Source of the DNA: a virus
Taxonomy: Duplodnaviria > Caudoviricetes
Direction: 5' to 3' (one strand)
IMG/VR virus record: IMGVR_UViG_3300006224_000012
Coordinates: 1 to 57,308 of that record
Length of the DNA: 57,308 nt
Below are positions 34,370 through 46,200 of the stretch, in pieces. Made by a program: the position numbers and the translations under genes. The notes under the pieces were generated by a model that was not told where the DNA came from, did no database searches, and was given only the letters and a program-made list of their open reading frames with translations. Position 1 is the first letter of the stretch. Every line of letters starts with the position of its first letter.

Positions 34370-36792
34370 GCGTCACCTGGCTCTACAACAGAGATTAAGT
34401 TTCCTGATATTTGTGTAGATACTTGTTGCTGCTGAACATCAGTAGTTCTATTAAGAGAAACAATAAGCATCGTAGTAGTCCCTGTTATTGGCGATTGTCC
34501 TGTGAGCTTCATTCCTACCTCTGCATATAAAGGAAGATTATTACTTGTATATGAACCACTTCTAGCAAGCATTACGGTTTTAAATATCTCTTTGACTCCA
34601 TAATTAGATAGTGCTTGCTCACTAGTTAAGCAGTAATCTGGGCTAACTTCAAACTCACCTTCTACAGCAAATCTTGAAGTTCCAGAAATATTTAATACTC
34701 TATCTGCTAATGCACTATAAGCCTCTACTGATTTCTGTTCCTTTGAATCTGGAATCCAGTAGTTTATTATTGTAATATCAGGAGTAATATCGTAGTAATG
34801 GTTTATGATTGTAGAAAATACTGACCATAATAAAGTTTGACCAGGAACAATATTAACTACTTCGGAAACTTTAAGGGCAGGATAAAGGCTATCTAACCAA
34901 GATACTGTAGCTGGGGTTGTTCCGCTTGGAACAGTAGCAAATCCATAGTCTTCATGAACTACTATTCCCCTTACTTTACGAAGTTCCGTGGTGACTTGAG
35001 CATATGTCATAGTAGTAATTGCTGTGCTGGGGAATAATTTACCCCAAGTTACAGAACCAACTTTTCCATCTACTGTAATTTTTGCAGCCGTTTGAAAAGC
35101 CCTAACTCCTGCTCTAGTATCGGGGCCAAAAATCCCATCATGTCCTTGAGGACCACAAGAAAATCCCTTGTTAATGAGTGCTACCTGTACTGCATGAACG
35201 CCTGTTATTCCATGACAAGCATAGTCATCCCGCATAAAACCATTACAAGTATACCCAGTAACGCCAGGATATTGAAGGTTTACTTTATTGGGATATGTGT
35301 TGGCTTGGCTAGGGATAGTAGGAGCATAAACAGGGTCAACGGTTACTGTTTCATCCCCCCATGTTCCTATCCATCCTTTAACAACAGCTTTATTTATTAC
35401 ACCTTCTTTAGTATAACTTAAGGTTAATCCTACATCATAATCACCTATAGTAACTTCATCACTTAATACAGTTAACTGTGATGTTTCCCATACAGCTAGA
35501 GAGCCATCCCTTCTAAATCTTAAGCTATAACCATTAAGGGCAAAAATGTCTGAAATTATCTCCCATACATTCCCTCCTGTTTCATAAACAGTATATAAAG
35601 GAATATATTGAAGGTTAATCTCGGGGTGGTCTGCGGTATAACTTTTAAAGGTATAATTAGGATACTCTGAATCCCCTACATTTGCAAAGTTATACCCCAT
35701 ATAGATAATACGATTGAAAAAGATATCACAATAATCATTATAACCACCATTTTCTTCTCTTACTTCAAGCATAAAACAAGCGGGTTCACCATGAACAGAG
35801 GTAGTTTGTGAAGGAAACATATATGTTTCCCACAGATTTTTATCTACTTTTCCTGTCCAGTTGCCAGGAGTATTGGGCCATAGTTTTTTCTGATATTCTC
35901 TAACGCCGCAATAAGTATTCTGAGCATATACACCAGTTCCTTGAAAAACATAAACACCATCACATCCATGATAGCCTTTATCTCTTAGAAATAGTTGTAC
36001 TTCTTGAATACCATCTATAGTTTGTCCGTTATAAGTATGTCCATCTTCCATAGGATGAGAAGATATATATTGAAGAGTAAAACTATTAGGGTATGGAGTC
36101 CCTCCTGTGGTAGTTACTACCTCAGTTCCATTTTGAAATGACTCTAACAAATCTGCTAGAGAGTCTATTACTGCATATCCATCTTCCCCTGCGTATAAAT
36201 TATGGTAGTAGAATATAGAGTCTAAATAGGTGCCCTCAATTATAATAAATGAATTATCCCTTGACCTATGAAGGTCGTTATTATCCATATTCTGGGCATT
36301 TAATTTTGCTTCTTGAGCGATTTTAGAAAGGCTTTCTAAGTCGATATCACACGTAGGAATCCCTTCTTCTGAGATATTCATTGAGGCACTTACTATTCTC
36401 CAATGGGTTTGACATACTTGGCCGTCCCCTATAGCAAAATAAGTTCTATTACCATTTCCATCCTCTGTATAGTCATATTCGTCATCATTTCCAACAATTT
36501 CAACAACATATAAATATACATTAGGTTCAACAGTTGATTGTTCAATTTCTTTTCCATATATAGAGGAATCATCTTCTCCTGGTACTCCACCCAAAGGTCC
36601 AAGCTCAGATACCGTAGCATTAAGTACGGTTAGAGTTGCCGTAGAAACAATACTACTTAAATCCTCATTTAAGGTAAATCTTATAGGGTCGCCAGCTAAA
36701 TTTGTTATTAACTTGACTGGTTTTACTGTTGTATCGGGGCCAGTTCCAGGAGCATATGGTTGAAATGTGGCGAGTGCTTGTGGGTTAGCCAT
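34360..36792 (-). CDS. Baseplate hub / Tal-like protein with two peptidoglycan-binding domains
   Basis: Position after Dit; YSLRFRRDGSL; PG_binding_1-like VQVAL..KGF..G..DGIFGPDTRAGVRAFQ...VDGKVG..TW. Confidence 0.7.
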   Translation of the reverse strand: MANPQALATFQPYAPGTGPDTTVKPVKLITNLAGDPIRFTLNEDLSSIVSTATLTVLNATVSELGPLGGVPGEDDSSIYGKEIEQSTVEPNVYLYVVEIVGNDDEYDYTEDGNGNRTYFAIGDGQVCQTHWRIVSASMNISEEGIPTCDIDLESLSKIAQEAKLNAQNMDNNDLHRSRDNSFIIIEGTYLDSIFYYHNLYAGEDGYAVIDSLADLLESFQNGTEVVTTTGGTPYPNSFTLQYISSHPMEDGHTYNGQTIDGIQEVQLFLRDKGYHGCDGVYVFQGTGVYAQNTYCGVREYQKKLWPNTPGNWTGKVDKNLWETYMFPSQTTSVHGEPACFMLEVREENGGYNDYCDIFFNRIIYMGYNFANVGDSEYPNYTFKSYTADHPEINLQYIPLYTVYETGGNVWEIISDIFALNGYSLRFRRDGSLAVWETSQLTVLSDEVTIGDYDVGLTLSYTKEGVINKAVVKGWIGTWGDETVTVDPVYAPTIPSQANTYPNKVNLQYPGVTGYTCNGFMRDDYACHGITGVHAVQVALINKGFSCGPQGHDGIFGPDTRAGVRAFQTAAKITVDGKVGSVTWGKLFPSTAITTMTYAQVTTELRKVRGIVVHEDYGFATVPSGTTPATVSWLDSLYPALKVSEVVNIVPGQTLLWSVFSTIINHYYDITPDITIINYWIPDSKEQKSVEAYSALADRVLNISGTSRFAVEGEFEVSPDYCLTSEQALSNYGVKEIFKTVMLARSGSYTSNNLPLYAEVGMKLTGQSPITGTTTMLIVSLNRTTDVQQQQVSTQISGNLISVVEPGDAWV

Positions 36793-37190
36793 TACGCCCC
36801 TTCTTCCCAGACTCTAAGAGACATAGTAAAATCATACCTATTTATTGCTGCTACGGGGTTAATCGTCCATGAAACTACATAACAATTATACTGGGTTCCA
36901 TAACCATCAGTAAATATTCCTGCGGGATTTTCAAGTAAATCACTATTTAAACCTTCTGCTGCGGTTCTTGTAGTATTCATATCTGTGGACTGAATATAGC
37001 CAGAAATTGTGAAGACTTTTGACTTGTTTGTACTCCGTCTAAAGGCATAGGTTGTAGTTCCTAATTCTACGTTTGTCCAAGCCTCTTCCAAAGTAGGTAA
37101 CGTTTGGCTAGTGACATAAATGTAATACGTTGTGGGGTCTTCACCAAGGAGATTCTCCCAAAGAAACTCTTGTGGACTTGTATCAGCCAT
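36792..37190 (-). CDS. Distal tail (Dit)-like protein
   Basis: 132 aa directly downstream of the tape measure. Confidence 0.55.
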   Translation of the reverse strand: MADTSPQEFLWENLLGEDPTTYYIYVTSQTLPTLEEAWTNVELGTTTYAFRRSTNKSKVFTISGYIQSTDMNTTRTAAEGLNSDLLENPAGIFTDGYGTQYNCYVVSWTINPVAAINRYDFTMSLRVWEEGA

Positions 37191-37201
37191 CTTCCTCTCC
37201 T

Positions 37202-40200
37202 TTAAGCATTGAATGGACTAAATTTATATGGGTTCTGATTGTTAAGTAGTTTAAGTAAGAATGCTTTAAGTTCTTCCAACTCTTTATCATTACGTACTTC
37301 AAAGTTAAAAGCTCCTGAATCAAAGTAGTTGTTTATGATTGTCTCATTATCACTCTTTGTTATTTTAACAGGTATTGCGCCACTTTCAAGTGGTACTACA
37401 GCTTCTTGTCCACGAAGTAATGCAAGACTTTCTTGGAATCTAGCTCCTGGTGTAATTCCTCCTGAATGAAATCTCTGAACATAAGGGTCGCCAGGAATCC
37501 AGTCTTTTACACTTACATGAACATGGTCTTCATGTCTCCATGTAGGAGTATTTGGTTTTCCTGCTGGGGGAGTATAAGCCCTCCATCCTCTAGCTCCAGA
37601 ACTCGTTATTCTATTGTTCCAGATAATATATCTTAATTTAAGAGTGTTGAAGTTAGCAGCTAACCAATTAGCATACTGGTCCATCTTTGATTTGTTGGAG
37701 AATAAGTCAGCAGCAAGTCCTACTGGATGTTGTGATACATAACCACCAGTACGACTCGCTCTACCACCATAACTAATGGGACCAAAAGCGTTCTTTAGTG
37801 CTTCTATTACCATTCCTGCTTCTGGCTGCAAATGTCCAGGTTCGTATGTCTTATTTGTGTTTACATTTCCTGTATTTACAGGGTAGTTAGGAAACATGGT
37901 TATATAGTTGCTGAGATTAGAACGATTAAGAATATCTGAGAGTACATTCTGCATCATCTGTCCTGGCCCACCAGCAAGTTGTGTTACATTAGGAAGTGAT
38001 TGACCTTCCCCACCAGCCCTAACTCCCCCACTAGTTCCAGCCCCAATTCCAGTAGGAATAGTATATCCTAAACCTTTTGCAAAGGTATTTAGAATATTTC
38101 TTCCTAAAGTGTAGAAAGCGCCTACATTTGCACTTGCGGCAGCACCAATTCCTGTTTGAACACTCTTGTTAACACTTGGCATTGTAGTTGCAGCAGTTTT
38201 ATCAAGCTCATTAAGACGGGCCTGCATAGCTAAGAATTGTGCGCTTGCATTTTTACTAGTAGTAGCATTTGAGGTATCAAGTTTGGTATTACTTGTAGCC
38301 ATATTAGCATAAGCTCTTTGCCAAGCTTCTACTAGTTTTCTCCCGGATTCTGTCATTGTAGTATTGCTAGTACTTACTGTGTCCTTAGTGGTTGCAATTA
38401 CAGCATTTACATTTGCAAATTTTCCAGCAGCTATCTCAGCAGCATGTCCTGCATCTGCTACTCCTGTTTTTGCATTAGACCATCCCTCTGAGAAGGGAAC
38501 TTTTCCAGCGTAAGCATCACTTACAGCTTGTTCAGCATGTGCAGTAGCAAGTTTTTGGGTTGCTGAACCCATATTTATTCCTGGAGGAATTGGTCTTCCA
38601 GCAGCTTCAGCTAAATAACCAACCATTAAATCTATTTTAGCTGCTACACCTTTTCCGAAAACATTCTCTAATGCTTCTTGGGTAGTTCCAGCCAGACCCT
38701 TTACACTAACCCCTGCTACTAGAGCATTAATAGCATCAGTAAGGCCAACTATTTTAGCCTGTAATTCTGAGGCCGCACTCTGATTCTCTGAGAGTAATCT
38801 ATCTATAGTGTCTTTATCAAAGGTTGCTTTTGCTACTTCTCCTTGTTTTCCCTCTATTTCTGCTGTTAGTTGAGCAGCTTTATTTGCGGCTTGAACATAC
38901 ACAGAGTAGAGCGATTGAAACTGCTCTTTACTCATGGTTCCAGAAGCATATGCATATGCGGCTGCAACCATTTGACTATCATTAATTTGTCCTGTTAAAT
39001 CTGCAATCCGTTTTTGCCACTCTGCCTTTTTCTTCATAGCTGTTACTTCTGCGTTATCAGCGGTTACTTTTGCATTAATTAGGTCAAGTTCATTTTGATG
39101 CCTAGCTATGTGGTCTTCTGTTCTTTGTATTGACTCTTCTTGTCTTCTAATTTGTTCTTCAATAGCTTCTTTTTGTCTTTTATACATTTCTAATAGTGGT
39201 TTGTTGGCTGCTAATACTGCTTTAGCTTTTCTAACTCCCGCTTTAATCTCAGACTCATTCATTTCCTCACGGGTATCACGCTCTTTTTCAAGCCAATGCA
39301 CTATATCTTGAGTTGCAATCTTTCTATCTAACTCAATTTTGTCTCTATCATTTTGTAGTTTAGCTATCTCGTCATCTATAGCCTGAAGTGGTGCAGCAGC
39401 TTGTCTGTAGATATCAGTATTTCCTAAGCCTGCCTCTTCTAGTGACCTTAAGTATAGAGTTAAGTCTAGCCTTTTCCGTTGTAAAGCATTTAGTTGTTTA
39501 TCAATTGCAAAGAGTTGGTCTTGATAAACCCCTTCCCCAGCAATTTTAGGATTGAGGAAGTTATCAAGGTCTTCTTGGGCCTTACTAATTTTCTCACTTA
39601 CACGGTCAAATTGACTAGTAACAGCATGTAGACGTTCCTGTAAAGGCTGTAAAGCAGACCGCTGTTCAGCAAGTCTTACATTTAATCTGGCAACTTCTGA
39701 CTCTAAGGCTAAAGTAGAATCCGAGAATAGCTGTGTCTCATTTATAGCTTCCATTAAATCCCACACGCCAGAAATTCTACTCATAATGCTAGTAGCATTA
39801 TTAAGTTCAAGAGTTAAACCTTGAATTTCATGGTTCAAATTACCTATTTGTATCTCTAGTTCCTGAGATTTTGCGGTTTGTTCTTCTATGGTTATATTTA
39901 GTTTCTTATATGCGGCATCATATTCTTTTAGTAGCTCTATTGCTTGTTCCATATTGTAATTAGTACCAGGAATATTTGGCAATTCTCGCTGTGCTTGTCT
40001 TTGTGCTTCTCTCTGAGCATACACTTGTTCTTGGAAACTTGGTTGGGGTGCCTGATATGCTGGCCCTCGTAAAGCTTCTTCTGCTGTAATAGGTAGACCA
40101 AGTTTTGTTCTTTGGGCTGCTCTTTGTCCTTGTTCATATGCTGATAATTCTGTTCCTGCTGCTTTGGCGATTAAAATACCAAGCTGCTTTTCAAATTTTA

Positions 40201-43200
40201 AGAATCCTTCAGGCATATTTTTAACATTCTGAATGTAGAGATTCTCTAAGTTTTGATAGTATTCTTCTTGATGTGTTTGCTTCCATTCTGCTATTTTTTC
40301 AAGTTCTTTTTCGTGCATTGTTAACCTAAGTTGTTCTGCGAATGCCTCATAAAGTATCTCTTGAGGGGCTTTAATCATATCAAGGAAAGCTTTAGCCCCC
40401 ATTTCTAACTGGTCTACAAAGAATCCTCTAACTTGAGGCACTACTAATGCTGGAACCGCAGCAAGAAATGCTGTAGAAAATCCACCAATAGCATCTGATA
40501 GTCCTGTCATAAAGGCCACTTTTACATCTTCAGCCGCTCTTGCTGCTGGATTTTCATAGTTCTCACCCATGTATGCCTGCTGGAATTTCTCTTTTCCACC
40601 ATACCCCCATTGAATCAATCTTAAGATATCTATAGGAATAGTAACTGCTGTAGCTGCACCAACTGCTTTCATTGGAGCAGTTTTCATAAGTGCGCCTAAT
40701 CCTTTTGGAAATACCTCTCCAAAAGAAGTTCTTACTGCTGCTTCCGCAGCTTGTGTAGCAGCTATTTTAGCGGCATTTTCAACTGCGGGGACAAATATAT
40801 CCTTAGCTCCCGTGCTAAAGAACCTCTCTGCATCTTTTCCAATAAGGCCAAAGATATCTGCTTCTTCTGCTACTTCTCTTAATGGCTTTAAAAACTTACC
40901 AAAAATTTCTGCTTCAGGGGCAAACATAGCCCCCATTTCTCTAGCAGCCCTTCCTCCTGGAGTAAGTATAGAAGGAAGTTTTGTAATAGATTCTTTGATA
41001 GTAGAGGTTAATCCTTTAAGAGTCTCATTTAGTTTTTGAGTGGTATCAGTAAGTTTAGTGAATATACTCTCTATCCCCTTTAAACTGATAGCTCCTTTTT
41101 CATCTTTAAATAGTCTTAGTAATCTATCTCCTAAAGAAGTCCCTTTAAGTTCTAAGACACTAGGGAGTTCTCCGGGAAACACTCCTCCCCTACTTAGTAC
41201 TCTTCCTGCGTAATCTTTACGAAACTCTACCTTTAATTCTTTTACTCCTTTTTCATAAGCTGCAATAGTTCTATGGTTTCCGTCTGCGAGTCTTATATTT
41301 CCAATTGAGTCTATCTCTAAAAGAATTCTCTTTTCTATTTTTTGTCCCTTTTCAAGAGTTTTAATTATATTATTTACATTTTCTCTATCTACAGCTATGT
41401 TTTTGCCAAAAATTGTAGTTACCCAGCCCTCTCTCTGCCATTCACCCAGTAGATTATCGGGGGCTATCTGTGTCGATGCTCTAACAGCAAAATCAGGAGG
41501 AACTTTTCCCATTATGAATCCCTGTTTACTACTAATCTCTGTTAAGGTTTTTTCTAGTTTTTCTATAGCTGGAGTTAATTTAGCTTCTTTTCCTAATCCT
41601 ATAGCTCCACGCTCATCTTTTAAGAGATTTTTTAGTTGTGCTATCATTTTTTGGGGTATTGTATCAACGGGCGTTAATTTAAAGGGCTTTACTCTAACTC
41701 CTGTAGGGGTGCGGTACTGTGGTAATGGTTCATTTTGTAGGCCACCCCTATCCATAATATTTCTTGCCAAAACTGTTGGACGTAATTCTCTTGGAATATC
41801 ACGCCCACTTTTTCCTGCCGCAACAAAATGTTTTACTACGGCACTAAAATAACCACCATAACTCTTAACTGCATCTACAGCAAACTGTCTAGTTAATTCT
41901 GGTGTATTAGCGGCGGCCTTTTTAAATATATTGTAGCCTGCTTTCCAAGCCTGTTGTTCTTGTCTAAGTAATGCTATCTCTTGTTCAAGAACTTCTTGTG
42001 TTCTAACGGCATCCTTAAGAATTTCTTCATCTAATTTTCCTATATTTATACGCATTCTTCCAAGTGCGCTTTGTGTACCTCTAGTAAGAGACTTATCCCA
42101 GGCTTTATATTGTCTTTCATATCTTGCCAAATCCGCAGTATATTTTGCTTCTCGTTCTTCCCAATCTAGAGAATAGTCTATTCTGGGTCGTCTAGGCTGT
42201 CCAAGTTGTTTAACGGTGCCTCTTTCTAAATCATGCCCTATTTCATGTCCTAAAGTAGAAAGATGTTCAAATAGAGTATCAAAATCCTCTTCAAAAGTAA
42301 CTACCCTCTTATATATTGACCCTCCATAGCCACCTTTAAATACTAGGTTTAATCTTGCAATTTTGTCAACTAAATTACCAAAGCTTTTACTTAGTTTTCC
42401 ATTTTCTGCTAAGAAATCTTTCATAGTTAGTGGCATTTTAGGATTAGTGAGTCGTAAATAACCTCCCATATCTGTTTTAACTTGGGTTTTACCGAAGAAA
42501 TCTTTAGCTTTTTCTCTAAGGTCTATCAAGTCTTGGGTTACTTCAAACTCGTCCCCAAATCTTATATATCCACCTTGTTCTTTATAGAGTCTTTTGAAAG
42601 CACCAGTTACTTTATCAACTATAACTGCTAAGGGTTCAAGACTTATTGCTCCACCTTGCCCTTTGATTCCTTTGGTGATATTGGAAAATCCAAAAACTTG
42701 TTTAAGTGGAGCAACAACATGCTTAGTCCAAGCGCGCATGACTGTTAAGGTAAAGACTCGACTTTTTGCTAGTTCTATATCTCTAGTTGCGTCGATATCA
42801 CCCATGATTCTTTCGGCGCTAACTGTGGTTGTTCTTGCATTTTTAAGGTTGAATCCTCTTGTGAATAGCGCACCTATATTTCTCCATGCTGGGGCATCAA
42901 GAAGACCAGTAATTATGGAAGAACCAATAATCCTTCTTCCCGTACTAGGTACTGCTTTCGCTGCTGTTGGTGCCTTTTTACTGAATGCATTTAAGTCTTT
43001 ATAAGCCTCTTTTAAGTCTTTAGTTAAGTCTACTATTGAATCAGCAAAACTTCTCATATGTGCGGGAACATGCTTATTCTTAATAGCATCTACTAATTCA
43101 AGATGTGCTTTTTGTAGTTCTTGTATTTGTCTAGTAATATCATTTCTAGCTAAGGCTAGTGCAGTTTCAGCCTCTTCTACTTTCATTGTAGCAATTCTTA

Positions 43201-46200
43201 TTTCTTTTCTTTTGGCTATAAAGTAATCTTCAGTCTCATATCCAGGTTTTATTATTTTTCCATAACCTAGTCTTTCTTTACTATATTTAAGAACAGCTTT
43301 TTCTATGTCATCCTCTTTTAAATTTCTTAGATTAGAAAATTGTCTTCTTACTAATTGCTGTTGAGCTACAACACCCTTAATTCTATCTAACATACCCCCA
43401 TAGAAGGGTTCAACTGGTCCTGCTACTTCATCCATCATACGTAGCATCTGAGTTTCAATTTCTTCTGTTATCTCATCAATCCACATAGTACCAGTCCATC
43501 TGGCAGTAAGTGGTTTAAAGGATTCGGAAGACCGTTTATATAATTTTGCTAGATTTGCATTAGCTTTTTCTAGTTGCTTTTCTAGTTTTGCTATTCTTTT
43601 CTTTCCCAAATCTTCTATAGCTTGGGTTTGTTGTTTCATGCTATATTCTATACGCTTGGTCATATCTTTAGGATAAGATTGGGCTGTTCTACGAGCCTCT
43701 AATCTTGCCCATCTAACATTACCAGCACCACGTAGATTCATCATTTGTTCCCATTCAGGAACTTCTGGCTGTTTTGCAAGCATTTTTGCTACTCTAGCCG
43801 CAACTATTGGCTCTGTTCTTATTCTGTATTGGTCCACGGCGGTTTGTTTTACATACCCAGCAATTTTTATTGTGGTTTTGTTAAGTATTTTGAATGCTGT
43901 ATATGTAGCAGCTAAGATACCTGCACTTGTAATAATTGCAGAAGCTACATCATCATAGGATTCTTCGGCTGCTTTTGTTCCTAGTGTTTTTCCTACTGCG
44001 GGAGCTATAGGAAGTCCTGATTGTTGAGTTTCTAGTATCTGTCGTGCTGTAGCAGATGGGCCAGTAAGTGATAGCTTGGCATAATCTGCTGCTTCTTTCA
44101 TATAGTCTCTTACTTGACGGGCATCATCAACCATAGTTTTTCCTGCTTGAGCAATGGTTTCTCCACCTTTGCCAGCTTCCTTCATTAACTCTTCAATATA
44201 TAGAGCCTTATCTTTCATGCTCTTAATGAATTCCATTCTTTCAACTTCTCTTCCTTCTTGCATAAGTTCTGGAGGAACCATATTATTTAAGACATACTCC
44301 ATGTCTTTTAATTGGTCTGTAGTATGGCTAATCCAGGTATCTATAGGAAGAGTGAGAAGCATATCTGTAGTTGGATGCATAAGCATTTCAATAGCTTCCA
44401 TTAATGGGCTAATATTTGTTGACTCATTAGCTTCTTTCATAGCTTTACCATATAGAGTAATTAAATCAGTAAGCTCTGAGATATTATCCCCATACATTCT
44501 TACTACTTCACTATATCTCTCCATATTTGTAGAGAAATTATTGAATGTAACCCCTGTTTTATCAACATTATTTTGGAAGTATATTAATGCTCCTGCGGCT
44601 TCTAGTGTTTTCTTCCGCATTTCTGCTTGCGTATCACCATTTCTAATCATTGCCTTAGATAATTCACTAACTAATCTAACAGCCTCTTCTGGGGGAAGAT
44701 TTAAGTTAGGTGCAAACCCTTTTTGAGCTTCTGCGGCAGCAGCGGTTCCTATCTCTAAGGCATTTGTCATATTGTCGCCATACTCTTTAGCGACCATAGC
44801 CGCTTTAGTCATATCTTTTAGAGAAAATCCAGAAACGTCACCTAAATCTTGAAGATATTCTTTTAATCTTCCAGCCCCACCAGCAGCATCATCAAAAGCA
44901 TTACCGATTTCTTTTATATTATCTCTTACTTCAAGCCAGCTACTTATTACCCATAAGGCAGCGAAAGAAGCTGCTAAAACAGCAACTCTTGTAGCTAACA
45001 TTTTCATTGATGCTGCAAATACGCTAGTGGCTTTTCCAGCAGCTACCATACTTGTCGCTGTTTTACTAACGTGTAGGTTAAGAAGCTGGAATATCTTAAC
45101 TGCTACCCCAATCATTATGAGGTATTTTAATACGGGCTGGATTACACCGAGTAATCTAGCAAACAGAGTTATTACTTCTGAAACTACTGTTAGTAATGGT
45201 ACAAGAGTATGCTCAAGAAGGTCTTTTGCCATTTGAGCAACAACTTGAAATATTGACCATGAAGTTTTCCCAAGTGCTAAAAGCATTGGAAGAAGGTGAG
45301 CTTTAAAATAATTGTAGAAGTTGTGAACAGCCCCTATTACTTTATAGAGAAGGTCACTAAATTTAGAGAAAAAGTCTACAATTTTCTGCTGGGTAGCTGC
45401 ATCGCTTAATACATCATAAAGTTTTTTAACTTCATTTTTAATTAAAGCATATGCTGGTGCCGTAGCTTGCTGGAACCCAATATATAAGGCATCCTTAATA
45501 TTTGACCAAAGCCCCTTAAGCGTCTGTGATTGAAGTAGCATACCACCAGAGAATCTCTTCTCTACTTCCATCAAAAACGCATCAGCATAAGTCATGCCTG
45601 CATATTTACCGCCTGCTTTAAAGTCAGCGCGTTCCATTTTAATCCCGTAGGACAATGCTCGTCTAAACATACCAGTCATTGCATCTGCGGCAGCTTCTAC
45701 TGCATCGGTGATATCTCTACCAAATGCAGAAGCCATATCTCCTAATGGTTTTAACCATTTTTTAGTGTCCATATTATAAGCAGATAGTTTTACTACTGCT
45801 TCAGTAATCTGTTTAATCTGGAAAGGAGTTTCCTTAGCGAATTGTACTATATCTGCCATTTCTTTCTTTGCGGCAGTAAGTGAGTGAAGAGTGGTTTGAA
45901 GGGAAACAGTCCACGTTTCCATTTCGCTGTTGACTTTGACTAGGTTTTTACCAATTATTGGTATTCCTGCGCCAATAGCTGCAATAGCTCCAACAGCCCC
46001 GGCTGCGGCAAATGCTCCAACAAATATTGTTGCCCATTTATCCGCTTTCTTTGCTAAACTGTCCAGATAACCAAAGGTCTTATCATACCATCTTTTGCCA
46101 TCCCCACTATTGAAGATGCCACTAATAAGATTTTTTAGTCTGCCTACTTTATTTACGTCAGAATCAGAAACGTCAACAACTTTCCTTAAACGGATTGCAT

